Assembly (NCBI GenBank): GCA_965208575.1
Contig: CBDBOV010000004.1
Span: 704,001 to 768,000, forward strand
Direction: 5' to 3'
DNA: 64,000 nt
Source of the DNA: Spirochaetia bacterium
GTDB lineage: Bacteria > Spirochaetota > Spirochaetia > SZUA-6 > Bin103
Shown here: positions 38,669-48,826 of the stretch, piece by piece
Position numbering within the stretch: the first letter of the stretch is position 1
Layout: each line of letters opens with the position of its first letter
Made by a program: the position numbers and the translations under genes
Notes under the pieces: generated by a model
The model's database searches: none
What the model was told of the DNA's origin: nothing
The model's input: only the letters and a program-made list of their open reading frames with translations

Positions 38669-40710
38669 GGGGCGCGCTCCAGCGGACCGAGCAGGAGCTG
38701 GCCGCGCCGGTCCACCTCCAGGCGCTGCTCCGGCCACAGCGCCGTGGTGGCGTCGAGCTGCTCGACGATCGCCGGACCGGTCAGCGCGGTGCCGGCGGCC
38801 AGCGCCTCACGGCGGTAGACCGGCGTCTCGCAGCGCCGGCCCGCGAACCACACCTGGCGCAACGCCGCCGGTTGCGGGCGGGCGGTCGCCGGCGGTGCCG
38901 GCGGCAGGCGCAGCGGCCGGGTGTCGACCTCGACCGACACCCAGACGCTGTGCGTCTCGACCGGGTGCTCCGGACGCGCGTAGCCGTAGGTGCGCTCGTG
39001 CTCGGCGTGGAAGTTCCCGGCGACCTCTTGCAGGTCCAGAGGACCCGGTGCCACCGCCACCGGCAGTTCGTAACGCTGGCCCAGGTAGCGCTGGCCGAGG
39101 GCGCGGGTCAGGCGCACCTCGCCGGCGCCGTTGGCGGACCAGCGCAGCCGCTCGCGCGCGGTCTCCTCCAGATCCCGGAACACCGTCTCCAGTTCGACGG
39201 CGCTGGTATGGTCCAGCCGCCGCACGAAGGTAGCAAGGCGGTCCTCGCGCAGGTTGGTCATCAACAGGCCGACGGCGGAGTTCACGCCGGGCGCCAGCGG
39301 CACGATGATGCGTTCGATGCCGAGATCCGCCGCCAGCTCGGCGCCGTGCAGCGGGCCGGCGCCGCCGAACGGGCACAGGGCGAACTCGCGCGGGTCGTGC
39401 CCCCGTTCCACGGTGAGCTTGCCGATGGCGGCGGTCATCGCCGCGTTGACCACCCGGATCATCCCCTCGGCGGCCTGCTCCACGCTGAGCCTCAGCGGCG
39501 CGGCCAGCCGGTCGTGAATCGCGCGCCGCGCCGCCTCCGGATCGACCGTCATGCCGCCGCCGAGCAGCGACTCCACCCCCAGCCGCCCCAGCACCAGGTT
39601 GGCGTCGGTCACGGTCGGCTCGCTGCCTCCGGTGCCGTAGCACGCCGGCCCCGGGCGGGCGCCGGCCGACCGCGGCCCGACACGCAACGCACCGCCGGCG
39701 TCGATCCAGCCGACGCTGCCCCCGCCGGCGCCCACGGAATGGATGTCCAGCATCGGCACGCTGATCGCCAGGCCTCCCATCTCGGTGTCGCGGGCGAACG
39801 CCACCTCGCCATCCTGGACCACGCCGACGTCGAAGCTGGTACCGCCCATGTCCGCGGTAATCAGGTTCCGGCACGCGTCGGCCGAGCGGGCGATGGCGGC
39901 GCCGGCCACGATGCCGCCGGCTGGTCCGGACATCACCGTCTCCACCGCGCGGCGGCCGGCGGAACGCGCCGACATCACGCCGCCGCTCGACTTCATGATG
40001 AACAACGGTGCGGCGATGCCGTGCGCTCCGAGCCCCTGTTCCAACCGTCCCAGGTAGTCCCCGATCACGGGCTGCACGAAGGCGTTCATGGCACAGGTGC
40101 TGAAGCGCTCGTACTCGCCCTGCTCGCCTACCAGTTCGTGCGACAGGCACACCGTCACCCCCGGCAAGCCGTCGGCGAGCACCCGTCCCACCTCACGTTC
40201 GTGTGCAGGATTGACACAACTGTGCAGCAGTCCCACCGCCACCGCCTCGATCCGCTCCCGGCGCAGCGCATCGCTGATGGCGTGGAGCTGCTCGCGGTCG
40301 ACCGGAGTCTGCACGCTGCCGTCGTAGCGCATGCGTTCCCGCAGTTCGAAACGCAGCGCGCGCGGTACCAGCGGACGGGCGCGGCGCCCGCGCAGGTCAT
40401 ACAGCCGCGGGCGGTCCTGGCGCTGGATCTGCAGCACGTCGCGGAAGCCGGCGGTGGTGATCAGCGCCACGCGCGCCCCGGCACGCTGCAGCACCGCGTT
40501 GGTAGCCACCGTGGTGCCGTGGATCAGCAGCTCGACCTGGTCCGGGCGCGCGCCGACCCGCCGGGCGATCTCGCGGGCGCCCTGAATGATTCCGTGCGCC
40601 GGATCGTCCGGCGTGGAGGCCACCTTGTGGAACGCCAGCCGTCCGCCCTCGGGATCGAACGCCACCAAATCGGTAAACGTGCCCCCGGTATCGATCCCGA
40701 TCCTGATCAT
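38665..40710 (-). CDS. Hydantoinase A/oxoprolinase family protein
   Basis: IGIDTGGTFTD, HGTTVATNA, SGPAGG, DMGGTSFD, GAGGGS. Confidence 0.93.
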   Translation of the reverse strand: MIRIGIDTGGTFTDLVAFDPEGGRLAFHKVASTPDDPAHGIIQGAREIARRVGARPDQVELLIHGTTVATNAVLQRAGARVALITTAGFRDVLQIQRQDRPRLYDLRGRRARPLVPRALRFELRERMRYDGSVQTPVDREQLHAISDALRRERIEAVAVGLLHSCVNPAHEREVGRVLADGLPGVTVCLSHELVGEQGEYERFSTCAMNAFVQPVIGDYLGRLEQGLGAHGIAAPLFIMKSSGGVMSARSAGRRAVETVMSGPAGGIVAGAAIARSADACRNLITADMGGTSFDVGVVQDGEVAFARDTEMGGLAISVPMLDIHSVGAGGGSVGWIDAGGALRVGPRSAGARPGPACYGTGGSEPTVTDANLVLGRLGVESLLGGGMTVDPEAARRAIHDRLAAPLRLSVEQAAEGMIRVVNAAMTAAIGKLTVERGHDPREFALCPFGGAGPLHGAELAADLGIERIIVPLAPGVNSAVGLLMTNLREDRLATFVRRLDHTSAVELETVFRDLEETARERLRWSANGAGEVRLTRALGQRYLGQRYELPVAVAPGPLDLQEVAGNFHAEHERTYGYARPEHPVETHSVWVSVEVDTRPLRLPPAPPATARPQPAALRQVWFAGRRCETPVYRREALAAGTALTGPAIVEQLDATTALWPEQRLEVDRRGQLLLGPLERAP

Positions 40711-40797
40711 GCGCCACACCACCCTACCAGGATCCGGCGTGCCGCAGAACCCGGCGGTCGCCGTCGACCGCCGCCGTGCCGACGGCGCGTACGTTGC

Positions 40798-41445
40798 TTA
40801 CAGTAGCTTGTCTACGGCAACGAGTACCGCCACCGCCGCCGCGATAGCACCTCCCAATCGTACCGTCATCCGCTCCTGCACCTTGCTGATCTCGACGCGC
40901 AGCGTCTCAAGTTGCACCTTGGTGGCAAGCGTGGCGATCTCGTCCCTGGTCGCGAGAGTCGCTATCTCGTCCTTGGTGGCGAGCTTTGCTATCTCCGCCT
41001 TGGTGGCGAGATTCGCTATCTCCGCTTTGGTAGCTACCTCGCCACGCAGCGCGGCCAGGTCTTCCCTGGTAGCTGCCTCGCCACGCAGCGCGGCCAGGTC
41101 TTCCCTGGTAGCTACTTCGCCACGCAGCGCTGCCAGGTCTTCCCTGGTAGCTACTTCGCTGCGCAGCGCTGCCAGGTCTTCCTTGGTAACTACTTCGCCA
41201 CGCAGCGCGGCCAGGTCTTCCTTGGTAGCTGCCTCGCCGCGCAGCACGGCGAGTTCTTCCTTGGTGGCAAGAGTGGCAATCTCGCGGCGGAGAGCCGCGA
41301 TATCGTCCTTGGTGGCGAGGTTCTCGACCATGCCCTCGGCAAAGGTCGACACCAGCACCCGCGCCTGGGTTTCATCGAAACCCGCTTCTCTCTGCAGCCG
41401 AGTGGCCGCCTTGAGGGTGTCGAAGGCTACCGCCACGGCCGCCAT
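40798..41445 (-). CDS. DUF1640/CCDC90-like coiled-coil membrane-anchored protein with tandem repeats
   Basis: FDTLK...AGFDETQA head, ATKxD repeats, C-terminal TM; SD GGAGGGAG before ATG 41445. Confidence 0.8.
   Translation of the reverse strand: MAAVAVAFDTLKAATRLQREAGFDETQARVLVSTFAEGMVENLATKDDIAALRREIATLATKEELAVLRGEAATKEDLAALRGEVVTKEDLAALRSEVATREDLAALRGEVATREDLAALRGEAATREDLAALRGEVATKAEIANLATKAEIAKLATKDEIATLATRDEIATLATKVQLETLRVEISKVQERMTVRLGGAIAAAVAVLVAVDKLL
40915..41320 (-). repeat. Intragenic 39-bp (13-aa) and 27-bp (9-aa) tandem repeats
   Basis: ATREDLAALRGEV-like x~7 followed by ATKAEIANL-like x~4-5. Confidence 0.9.
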
Positions 41446-41651
41446 CCTACTCCCTCCGCGGTGATCCGTACACCGCACTTCGTCACGTCGCTCATATCAC
41501 TATGCAACGCGCTGCTGTGCGCTGGCGCTTCAACCCGCGAAGGCCGGGGGCAGCAGGTAGGCGGCCGGGCATGGCGCGCGCCGCATGAAATCCGTAGACT
41601 GCCCTTCATGGCACGCTACCCTGACAGCGAACAGGGGCGCGACTACCGGAG

Positions 41652-42305
41652 GTGACCGTGGCTGCTGCACGCAACACTCTCGATCTACAGGTGGTGGATG
41701 ACCTGCTGACCACCACCCGCGCAGTGCGCCGCCGGCTCGACTACGACCGCCCGGTGGAGCGCACCGTGATCCTGGACTGCATCCGCCAGGCGCAGCAGGC
41801 GCCCACCGGCGGCAACGCCCAGGGTTGGCGCTGGCTCGTGGTGGAGGACGCCGCCACCCGCGCCGCACTGGCCGACATCTACCGGCGCGCCGGAGAGTCG
41901 GCTCTGCGGCGGGGTGTGGCGGACGCGGGCACGCCGCAGACGCGCCGCGTGTACGCCTCGGCCCTGTTCCTGATGGAGCGGCTCGCGCGCGTGCCGGTAC
42001 ACGTCATCCCCTGTATCAGCGGGCGCTGGCCGGAACAGCCGACCAACGCCAACCTCGCCGGCCGCTACGGCTCGATCTTCCCGGCCGTGTGGTCGTTTCA
42101 GCTCGCGTTGCGGGCGCGCGGCCTCGGCTCCGTCCTGACCACCGTGCACCTGGGCGCCGAGCGCGAGGCCGCGGACTTGCTGCGCCTGCCCGACGACGTG
42201 CTCCAGGTGTGCCTGCTGCCGGTCGCCTACACCACCGGCGGCGAGTGGCGCCCCGCCGCGCGCCCCCCAGCCAGGGAGATCGTCCACATCGACCGCTGGC
42301 GGTAG
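41652..42305 (+). CDS. Nitroreductase family protein
   Basis: LTTTRAVRRRLD, APTGGNAQGW, GSIFPAVWSFQLALRARGLG. Confidence 0.9.
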   Translation: MTVAAARNTLDLQVVDDLLTTTRAVRRRLDYDRPVERTVILDCIRQAQQAPTGGNAQGWRWLVVEDAATRAALADIYRRAGESALRRGVADAGTPQTRRVYASALFLMERLARVPVHVIPCISGRWPEQPTNANLAGRYGSIFPAVWSFQLALRARGLGSVLTTVHLGAEREAADLLRLPDDVLQVCLLPVAYTTGGEWRPAARPPAREIVHIDRWR

Positions 42306-42345
42306 TCCTGCTCCCAGCCCCGGCGACCTGATACACTCAGGCGAC

Positions 42346-43281
42346 ATGGCACAGCGCATCAACCGAGCCATTGAGCTTCTGGCCGGTGGGCAGCCGGTCT
42401 ACTACACCGGCGGCCACACCGGCTCACCCTGGACCGCCGACCGGCGGCCTTCCGCCACCCTGACCGCGCACGACAGCCCGGTCCTGACCCACGAACAGGG
42501 CACCATCGACGCCGCCACCTGGGCCGACTACATCAACGTCGGGTTCGAGCACGGGGCGTACGATCTGGCCGGACTGCAGCGGTACCTGGGCGGCCTGGCA
42601 GACGGCGGCCCTACCCCCAGCGGCCACCGCACGCCGCCGATCATCGTGGAGGCGCCGGTGGGCGGCTACTCGCGCGAGGTGGTGTGGGCCAACCTGTGGC
42701 AGTTTCAGCAGATTCTCGGGCGCGGCGCGCACGGCATCATGCTGTGTCAGGCCACCACCGCCGACGCGGTACGCGCATTCGTGGAGGCGTGCCGCTACCC
42801 GGTCAACCGGCTGGGCGTCGGCGCCGGTCTTGGCGTGGGCATGCGCGGCGTCGGGTCGGAGCGCAGCGCCGCCCACGTCTGGGGCGTGGACCGCGCCACC
42901 TACCTCGCCAAGGCAGACCCGTGGCCGCTGAACCCCGACGGCGAACTCCTGCTCGGGGTCAAGATCGAGTCGCGGGCCGCGATTCCGCACATCGAGGAGA
43001 TCCTGGCCGTGCCGGGCATCGGATACGCCGAGATGGGACCGGGCGACATGAGCCTCTCGCTCGGCTACCGCAGCCTGCCCAACCCCTGGCCGGACGAGAT
43101 GGTAGAACTAGACCGGCGCGTGCAGGCGGCGTGCCGCGAGCACGGCGTGGCCTTCCATTGGACCCACGTGATCGACGACCTCCCCGCCATGATCGACCGT
43201 GGCGGCCAGGTCTTCACCTGCCCAAGCCCGGACTTCGCCGCCGCCGGACGCGCCCACACCAAGCGCACCATGCCGGTCTGA
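42346..43281 (+). CDS. HpcH/HpaI aldolase family protein
   Basis: EHG, CRYP..G.RG, KIES, GPGDMSLSLG. Confidence 0.82.
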   Translation: MAQRINRAIELLAGGQPVYYTGGHTGSPWTADRRPSATLTAHDSPVLTHEQGTIDAATWADYINVGFEHGAYDLAGLQRYLGGLADGGPTPSGHRTPPIIVEAPVGGYSREVVWANLWQFQQILGRGAHGIMLCQATTADAVRAFVEACRYPVNRLGVGAGLGVGMRGVGSERSAAHVWGVDRATYLAKADPWPLNPDGELLLGVKIESRAAIPHIEEILAVPGIGYAEMGPGDMSLSLGYRSLPNPWPDEMVELDRRVQAACREHGVAFHWTHVIDDLPAMIDRGGQVFTCPSPDFAAAGRAHTKRTMPV

Positions 43282-43303
43282 TTGGCAGGGCGAGAGGGCA
43301 CGC

Positions 43304-45061
43304 TCACCGCCGCACGGCGTCGCAGTGCACCAGCTCCCAGCCGTGGAACACCACGATCAGGCCGATGAAGCGCACTCCCGGGAACTGCCGCGCCAGCCGT
43401 TCGTCCGCCAGATACCGCAGGAGCTGCGCCTGCGCCTCCTCGACCGCCGTCGTGACCGCGGCCTGATCCGCCGACTCGGAACGCGCGCGATACTTCAACT
43501 CGATCAGGTAGCCGCGCTGCAGATGCGGGTAGCGGGCGATCAGCGGCTCCAGCGCGATGTCCGCGTGGCCCTTGCCCAACTCCGCCTCCGAGCGGAACAC
43601 GTAATAGTCGGCGACGCTCAGGTACGCCGCCAGAAAGCCCTGTATTACCTTCTCGCCGGCGATGTAGTCGCGGATCCCCGTCTGCCGCGCGATCGCCTCG
43701 CTCAGGAACTCCAGCACCGGCCGCCACTCGCCTTCGGTCGCCAGCCTAAGCATCAACTGCTCGAACCGGAACAGGTCGACCGAAAACACCTCCACGTCGC
43801 GGTAGGCGTCGCGCAGGTAGCCGTACATCAGCCGCTTCACGGTCTGGTTCGGGATCGCCAGCCGCGGCAATACGCCCCGCACGTCACGGATGCTCAGCAG
43901 CCCGAAGTAGTGCATCAGTGACAGGAAGTTCTCCCGCTTGGTGAGGTCCTTCAGCGGAAAGCCGGGCTGGATGCGGGTATCCACCTGTTCCTCGCCGATC
44001 ACGGCGCGCAGCAGGTCGAAGTTGCCGTTGAGCTGCCGGCCGGTCACCAGCAGGTGGCGCAGCTTGCCGTAGTCGATGCGAACGTTGGTGTCGATCAGGT
44101 ACGTCGGCACGCGCCGGTTCGGCATGGAGTGATCCAGGTAGTAGAGCACCATGTCGGAGTTGTACAGATCGGTTTCCGCTTCCTCGGCGAAGCGGTAGCC
44201 ATCGTACCACTGGGCCATGATGCCCATGGCGGTTGCGGGGTCCTGGTTGAACACACCCAGATCCCGGTAGGTCTCCACCAGGCGCCGCACCTCCGCCTCG
44301 GTGAAGCCGACCATCTCGTTGAAGTCCGGGTGCAAGCTGATGTCCTTGCCGATGTTGAAGCCGCTGGTGACGTCGTCCATGGTGATCGGTGACACGCCGG
44401 TGATGAACAGCCGCTCCAGACCGCCGCCGCTGCGGTCCGCGCCGCCCTTCAGGGTGGCGAAGAAGTTGCCGTAGAAGCCGCCGCCGTGAGTGAAGGAGTG
44501 GTACGCATCGGCACCGTGATATGCGAGCACGGTGTTGGCGAAGTTGTCGTATTCGTCGATCAGCACATACAGCGGAATGTCATGGTCGCCCGCGTACTGG
44601 AACAGCTCGGCCAGCTTGCCGACGATCGAGGGCGGTGCCAGGATGTCCCGCACCGCCGCTTCGGGAAACAGGTCGGGATGGCGCCGCAGCCTCCCGCGGA
44701 GCTCTATCGTGCAGTAGGTCTCGAACTCCCGCTCCAGGGTTTCGAGCTTGTCGTTGACCATCGAGAAGTTGAAGCGCAGGGTGACGTAGCGGCTCTGTTC
44801 CCCGGTCGGCTCCCGCCCGATGTCGATGCCGGCGAAGGTGGCGCCGAAGTCGTCCGCCCAGAAGCGGTCGTAGTAGTTCTCCAGCAGCGACACCCACAGC
44901 GACTTGCCGAACCGGCGCGGGCGGATCAGGAAGGCGTAGCGCTCCTCCTCCAGGCGCCGCAGGAAGCGGGTCTTGTCGACGTACAGCCACCCGTTCCGGC
45001 GGATACGCCTGAAGTCGGCCTCGCCGTAGGGAATGCGCGGGTGCGTGGGTGGCGTGCTCAC
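43304..45061 (-). CDS. AAA-ATPase-like + PD-(D/E)XK nuclease domain protein (copy 1)
   Basis: IPYG.ADF..IR..YVDKT, RPRRFGKSL, LIDEYDN, FITGVSP, GHADI, LIELKY; start aligned to copy 2. Confidence 0.9.
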   Translation of the reverse strand: MSTPPTHPRIPYGEADFRRIRRNGWLYVDKTRFLRRLEEERYAFLIRPRRFGKSLWVSLLENYYDRFWADDFGATFAGIDIGREPTGEQSRYVTLRFNFSMVNDKLETLEREFETYCTIELRGRLRRHPDLFPEAAVRDILAPPSIVGKLAELFQYAGDHDIPLYVLIDEYDNFANTVLAYHGADAYHSFTHGGGFYGNFFATLKGGADRSGGGLERLFITGVSPITMDDVTSGFNIGKDISLHPDFNEMVGFTEAEVRRLVETYRDLGVFNQDPATAMGIMAQWYDGYRFAEEAETDLYNSDMVLYYLDHSMPNRRVPTYLIDTNVRIDYGKLRHLLVTGRQLNGNFDLLRAVIGEEQVDTRIQPGFPLKDLTKRENFLSLMHYFGLLSIRDVRGVLPRLAIPNQTVKRLMYGYLRDAYRDVEVFSVDLFRFEQLMLRLATEGEWRPVLEFLSEAIARQTGIRDYIAGEKVIQGFLAAYLSVADYYVFRSEAELGKGHADIALEPLIARYPHLQRGYLIELKYRARSESADQAAVTTAVEEAQAQLLRYLADERLARQFPGVRFIGLIVVFHGWELVHCDAVRR

Positions 45062-45192
45062 TACGTACCGCACTGACTCTATCGTCTCCAAGGCGCGAGG
45101 TGCAATGGATTCGGCACGGTCAGCACGTCAGCACGGTCACTCCGTGACACCGAAGACGAATCGTCGGTGGGTCGAGTTGAGTTCGCGCGCGC

Positions 45193-45221
45193 TTGACACC
45201 TCCAAACGAGCGTGAAACAAT
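45193..45221 (+). promoter_or_regulatory. Putative sigma70 promoter divergent from AAA gene copy 1
   Basis: TTGACA-N17-AACAAT with extended TG; same layout at 51779. Confidence 0.5.
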
Positions 45222-45312
45222 GAAAAATCCAAGAAGGATTGAATGGATGCGGATCATGCGCCATCACGACCGTCTGCCCAGTAACCGGACAGCAGTGACG
45301 CAACCGGTGCAT

Positions 45313-45328
45313 CCCCCCCCCCCCCCCC
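45313..45328 (+). repeat. Poly-C homopolymer (C16)
   Basis: 16 consecutive C. Confidence 0.95.
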
Positions 45329-45836
45329 GCCCCGGCGCGTCAACTCTTTATACGAGAAACCATTAACCGCTCCGACTGATCGCCGCGCAGCCGCGGGATT
45401 CGCCTTCAGCATCCGGGCTGCGGCCGGCTACCTGTGGCGCCGCCTCAGTCCACGTTCGTTCACCGGCCGCAGCAACGGTAGCAACGGTCCCTCATCCCCG
45501 GCCGCTGAACCGTGGCGTCGTATCCTGTCTCACTGCTTGAAATGCGCGCTCCGACGCACTATGCGCGTTTTCCCGGTGCAGCGTCCGGGGCGCGTCTTGT
45601 TGCCGTGGGTTCTCCGCAGCCGGGTTGCTCCCGGCCCACACGACGAGGTGCAAGTAGTACTCAAAGAGCCGCACGCGCGCGCGGCGTGAGCCCGGGTGAA
45701 CCCGGTGAGTCACACGCCGCGCGCGCGCAGGAATTTGACTCTGCTTGGCTGGTCGCTTGCGGTGCGGGCGCGAGAGTAGCCAGGGAGCGGCAAGCCGCTC
45801 CGCAATACTCTCAACAATCAAGATACGGAGATACGT

Positions 45837-47606
45837 ATGAACATTGTAAGAATGACCTTCGCGATTGCGTTGGTCCTCGTCGTTACCGCAACCGGCCTGT
45901 GGACCGCTGGCGCAGAAGAGGAGTCGGCGTCCGCCGCCGAGAAGGAAATGGTGCTCGACCCGACCACAGGCAAGATGGTGACCGCGCCAGAGTACGGCGG
46001 GACAATAACCCTCGCCGCAGTCGAAGAGCAGATGAGTTCTGACACCTTTGAATCTGGCCCCAATGGATCTGGCATGGTCTCTGGCGTAGTAGAGAAGCTG
46101 GCCATCGCGGACTGGGCAACGCCCAGAGACATATTTGACTTCCAGTTTCTCAACGTTCCAGCTAACACGAGAGGTCAACTGGCGGAGAGCTGGTCGCAGC
46201 CTGACCCACTGACCCTCGTCATAAACGTCCGCCAGGGAGTTCACTGGCACGACAAGGCACCGATGAACGGTCGGGAGCTGATTGCCGATGATATCGCAGT
46301 CAACTTTCACCGCGTATTTGGCATGGGCAGCGGATTCACCGAAGCTAGCGAATGGCTTCAAGACTGGGCCGGTGTCGAATTTGAATCGATAACGGCCACC
46401 GACCAATGGACGGTTGAGTTCAAGCTGAAGCAGCTAAGCCTCACTGCACTGCGGCTTGTCCTCGACCACTGGATTTCTTGGATATATCCCCCCGAGGTAC
46501 TCCAGGAACACGGTGACATGCTCGATTGGCGGAACCTGGTCGGCACCGGGCCTTATGAGGCGACTGAATGGGTCGCGGCCAGCTCTGAGACATATACCAA
46601 GAATCCTGACTACTGGGGCTTCGACGAAAAATATCCGGAGAACCGCCTGCCCTATGCCGACGAGATAAGAGTCCTGATTATGCCCGAAGTGGCCACAATG
46701 CTGTCGGCGGTGCGCACCGGTAAGGTCGATCGTGGATACAGATTGTACTCTATCGACCAGGTAGAGAGCCTCCAGAGGACCGACCCCGAACTCGAGATCT
46801 GGCCAATTTACGGTCGGGCGGATTACATGTTCGGCATGGACAACATTAATTCGCCCTTTGACGACATCAGGGTGCGCAAGGCAATGCAGATGGCACTAAA
46901 CCTCGAGGAAATCAACAGCGCCTACTTTGGAGGTCATGCAGATATGACACCTCAGGGTCTGTTGAACCGGTTAATGACCGAGGTTGTCATCCAATTTGAA
47001 GAGTGGCCCGAAGATGTCAAGAAGGTCTTCGACTACGACCCGGAAGGTGCCGAAGCGTTGCTCGATGAGGCCGGATATCCTCGCGGCCCGGACGGCACTA
47101 GATTCACGGTCGAGTTCATGCACCTCAATCGGTATTCTACGAGCTGGCCAGAATTAGTCGGTTCATACTGGAAAAAGATTGGCGTTGATATTGAGATCGA
47201 GGTACTGCCCATAAACCCATGGGTGGCGAGAAGCAGAGCGAAGGATTTCCAGATAAAGAATTTGTCCGGCGCCGCAAAGTGGTTCCCAATGCCATACTTG
47301 AGTGGCCAGCTGACGGAGGCTGGGTTTTACGGCTCCGTTAACGCCGACTCGGATTATGATGCCATGTCTGAAGCCGCCGGAGCCGCTACCACCACCGAGG
47401 AGCAGAACGCGATTTATAGACAGATGAATCAGCATGTGATAGAGAACTTCTATACGATATGGGCTGGCAACGCGCCCACGTATGAGGTAACCCAGCCCTG
47501 GCTCAAAGGTTATAACGGCGAAAGCTGGATGGGCAACGGTCAAAAGATCCCAGTCTTCGCCCGCCTCTGGATTGACCAGGACCTGAAGAAAGAAATGGGC
47601 TATTAG
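45837..47606 (+). CDS. ABC transporter substrate-binding protein (family 5, DppA/OppA-like)
   Basis: Signal peptide, PEYGGT, LAESW, VGTGPY, FDDIRVRKAM, LLDEAGYP; visibly lower GC. Confidence 0.92.
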   Translation: MNIVRMTFAIALVLVVTATGLWTAGAEEESASAAEKEMVLDPTTGKMVTAPEYGGTITLAAVEEQMSSDTFESGPNGSGMVSGVVEKLAIADWATPRDIFDFQFLNVPANTRGQLAESWSQPDPLTLVINVRQGVHWHDKAPMNGRELIADDIAVNFHRVFGMGSGFTEASEWLQDWAGVEFESITATDQWTVEFKLKQLSLTALRLVLDHWISWIYPPEVLQEHGDMLDWRNLVGTGPYEATEWVAASSETYTKNPDYWGFDEKYPENRLPYADEIRVLIMPEVATMLSAVRTGKVDRGYRLYSIDQVESLQRTDPELEIWPIYGRADYMFGMDNINSPFDDIRVRKAMQMALNLEEINSAYFGGHADMTPQGLLNRLMTEVVIQFEEWPEDVKKVFDYDPEGAEALLDEAGYPRGPDGTRFTVEFMHLNRYSTSWPELVGSYWKKIGVDIEIEVLPINPWVARSRAKDFQIKNLSGAAKWFPMPYLSGQLTEAGFYGSVNADSDYDAMSEAAGAATTTEEQNAIYRQMNQHVIENFYTIWAGNAPTYEVTQPWLKGYNGESWMGNGQKIPVFARLWIDQDLKKEMGY

Positions 47607-47636
47607 GGGTTCGCCTCTACCGATTTCAGTCAAAGT

Positions 47637-47683
47637 GGAGCTGGGAGGCGCGCGTTTCGCATGCGAGCGCGCTTCCCGGCTCC
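47637..47683 (+). terminator. Stem-loop between SBP and permease genes (attenuating or stabilising)
   Basis: GGAGCTGGGAGGCGCGC ... GCGCGCTTCCCGGCTCC inverted repeat. Confidence 0.55.
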
Positions 47684-47710
47684 CGTGCTCATTGAAAACG
47701 AGGTGTCCGC

Positions 47711-48670
47711 ATGAGAGCCTATATCGTTAGGCGGCTGTTGCTGATAATCCCCACCCTGTTTCTATTGACCATCCTGGTCTTTCTCTCGGTCCGCTTCATC
47801 CCCGGCGATGTAATAGACACGATACAAGGTAGGATTGTGTGGACAGCACCGGGCGGAGTTGACCGTGAAGCTCTTCTCCATAAGCTGGGATTGGACGTGC
47901 CGGTGTACGTGCAGTATGGACGCTGGATCGGCGATATTGTCCTGCACGGCTCTCTCGGCGAGTCCCTGCTGACCGGTTACGCAGTAGGGGAGGCGATATT
48001 GGAGAGACTGCCGGTCACCTTCGAGCTTGGTCTGCTGGCAATCCTCATCGGGCTGGTGATCGCGCTGCCGGTGGGCATCTACTCGGCGATTCGCCAGGAT
48101 AGCGCCGCCGACTTTCTGGGGCGTTCGGTCGCCATCATCGGCCTGGCCACGCCGAACTTCTGGCTCGGCATCATGGTCATGATCTACCCGGCCATCTGGT
48201 GGGGCTGGTCACCACCGCTGGAGCTGGTTGCCTTTACCGAAGACCCGCTGGGGAATCTCTGGGGGTTCCTGGTCCCGAGCCTGATTCTGGGAACGGCCGC
48301 GGCTGCCGCCACCATGCGGATGACGCGCACCATGATGCTGGAGGTGCTGCGGCAGGATTTTATCAGGACTGCCTGGTCCAAGGGGCTGAAGGAGCGGGCC
48401 GTGGTGATCCGACACGCCGTCAAGAACGCCCTCATCCCGGTCGTGTCCCTGATCGGCCTGCAGTTGCCGATCCTGGTGGGTGGCGCCGTGATCATGGAGA
48501 ACATCTTCAACCTGCCGGGGCTCGGGCGCCTCCTTCTGAACGCCCTCAACGACCGAGACTACCCGATGGTCTCCGGCATCAACCTGTTCTTCGCCACCGG
48601 GGTGGTGGTGATCAATCTGCTCATCGACGTGCTTTACGCGGTCCTGGACCCCAGGGTCCGCTATGACTGA
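47711..48670 (+). CDS. ABC transporter permease (DppB/OppB-like)
   Basis: YIVRRLL, PNFWLG, RTAWSKGL, LPGLGR, RDYP, LDPR. Confidence 0.93.
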   Translation: MRAYIVRRLLLIIPTLFLLTILVFLSVRFIPGDVIDTIQGRIVWTAPGGVDREALLHKLGLDVPVYVQYGRWIGDIVLHGSLGESLLTGYAVGEAILERLPVTFELGLLAILIGLVIALPVGIYSAIRQDSAADFLGRSVAIIGLATPNFWLGIMVMIYPAIWWGWSPPLELVAFTEDPLGNLWGFLVPSLILGTAAAAATMRMTRTMMLEVLRQDFIRTAWSKGLKERAVVIRHAVKNALIPVVSLIGLQLPILVGGAVIMENIFNLPGLGRLLLNALNDRDYPMVSGINLFFATGVVVINLLIDVLYAVLDPRVRYD

Positions 48671-48826
48671 GTTGACACGCAGACTGGTCAAGGAGAAGCC
48701 GTTGAGCATAGTCGTCGGGGTGGTCATCGATGCCAGCGCCAGCTATGACTGAGTTGACACGCAGACTGGTCAAGGAGAAGCCGTTGAGCATAGTCGTCGG
48801 GGTGGTCATCGATGCCAGCGCCAGCT
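48663..48826 (+). repeat. Two identical 82-bp units echoing the 5' end of the downstream permease
   Basis: ATGACTGAG...GCCAGCT units at 48663 and 48745; real gene starts at 48827. Confidence 0.92.

Noticed and set aside
40915-41320. 39-bp and 27-bp repeats as CRISPR or a non-coding array
   Set aside because: They are in-frame coding repeats with no spacers.
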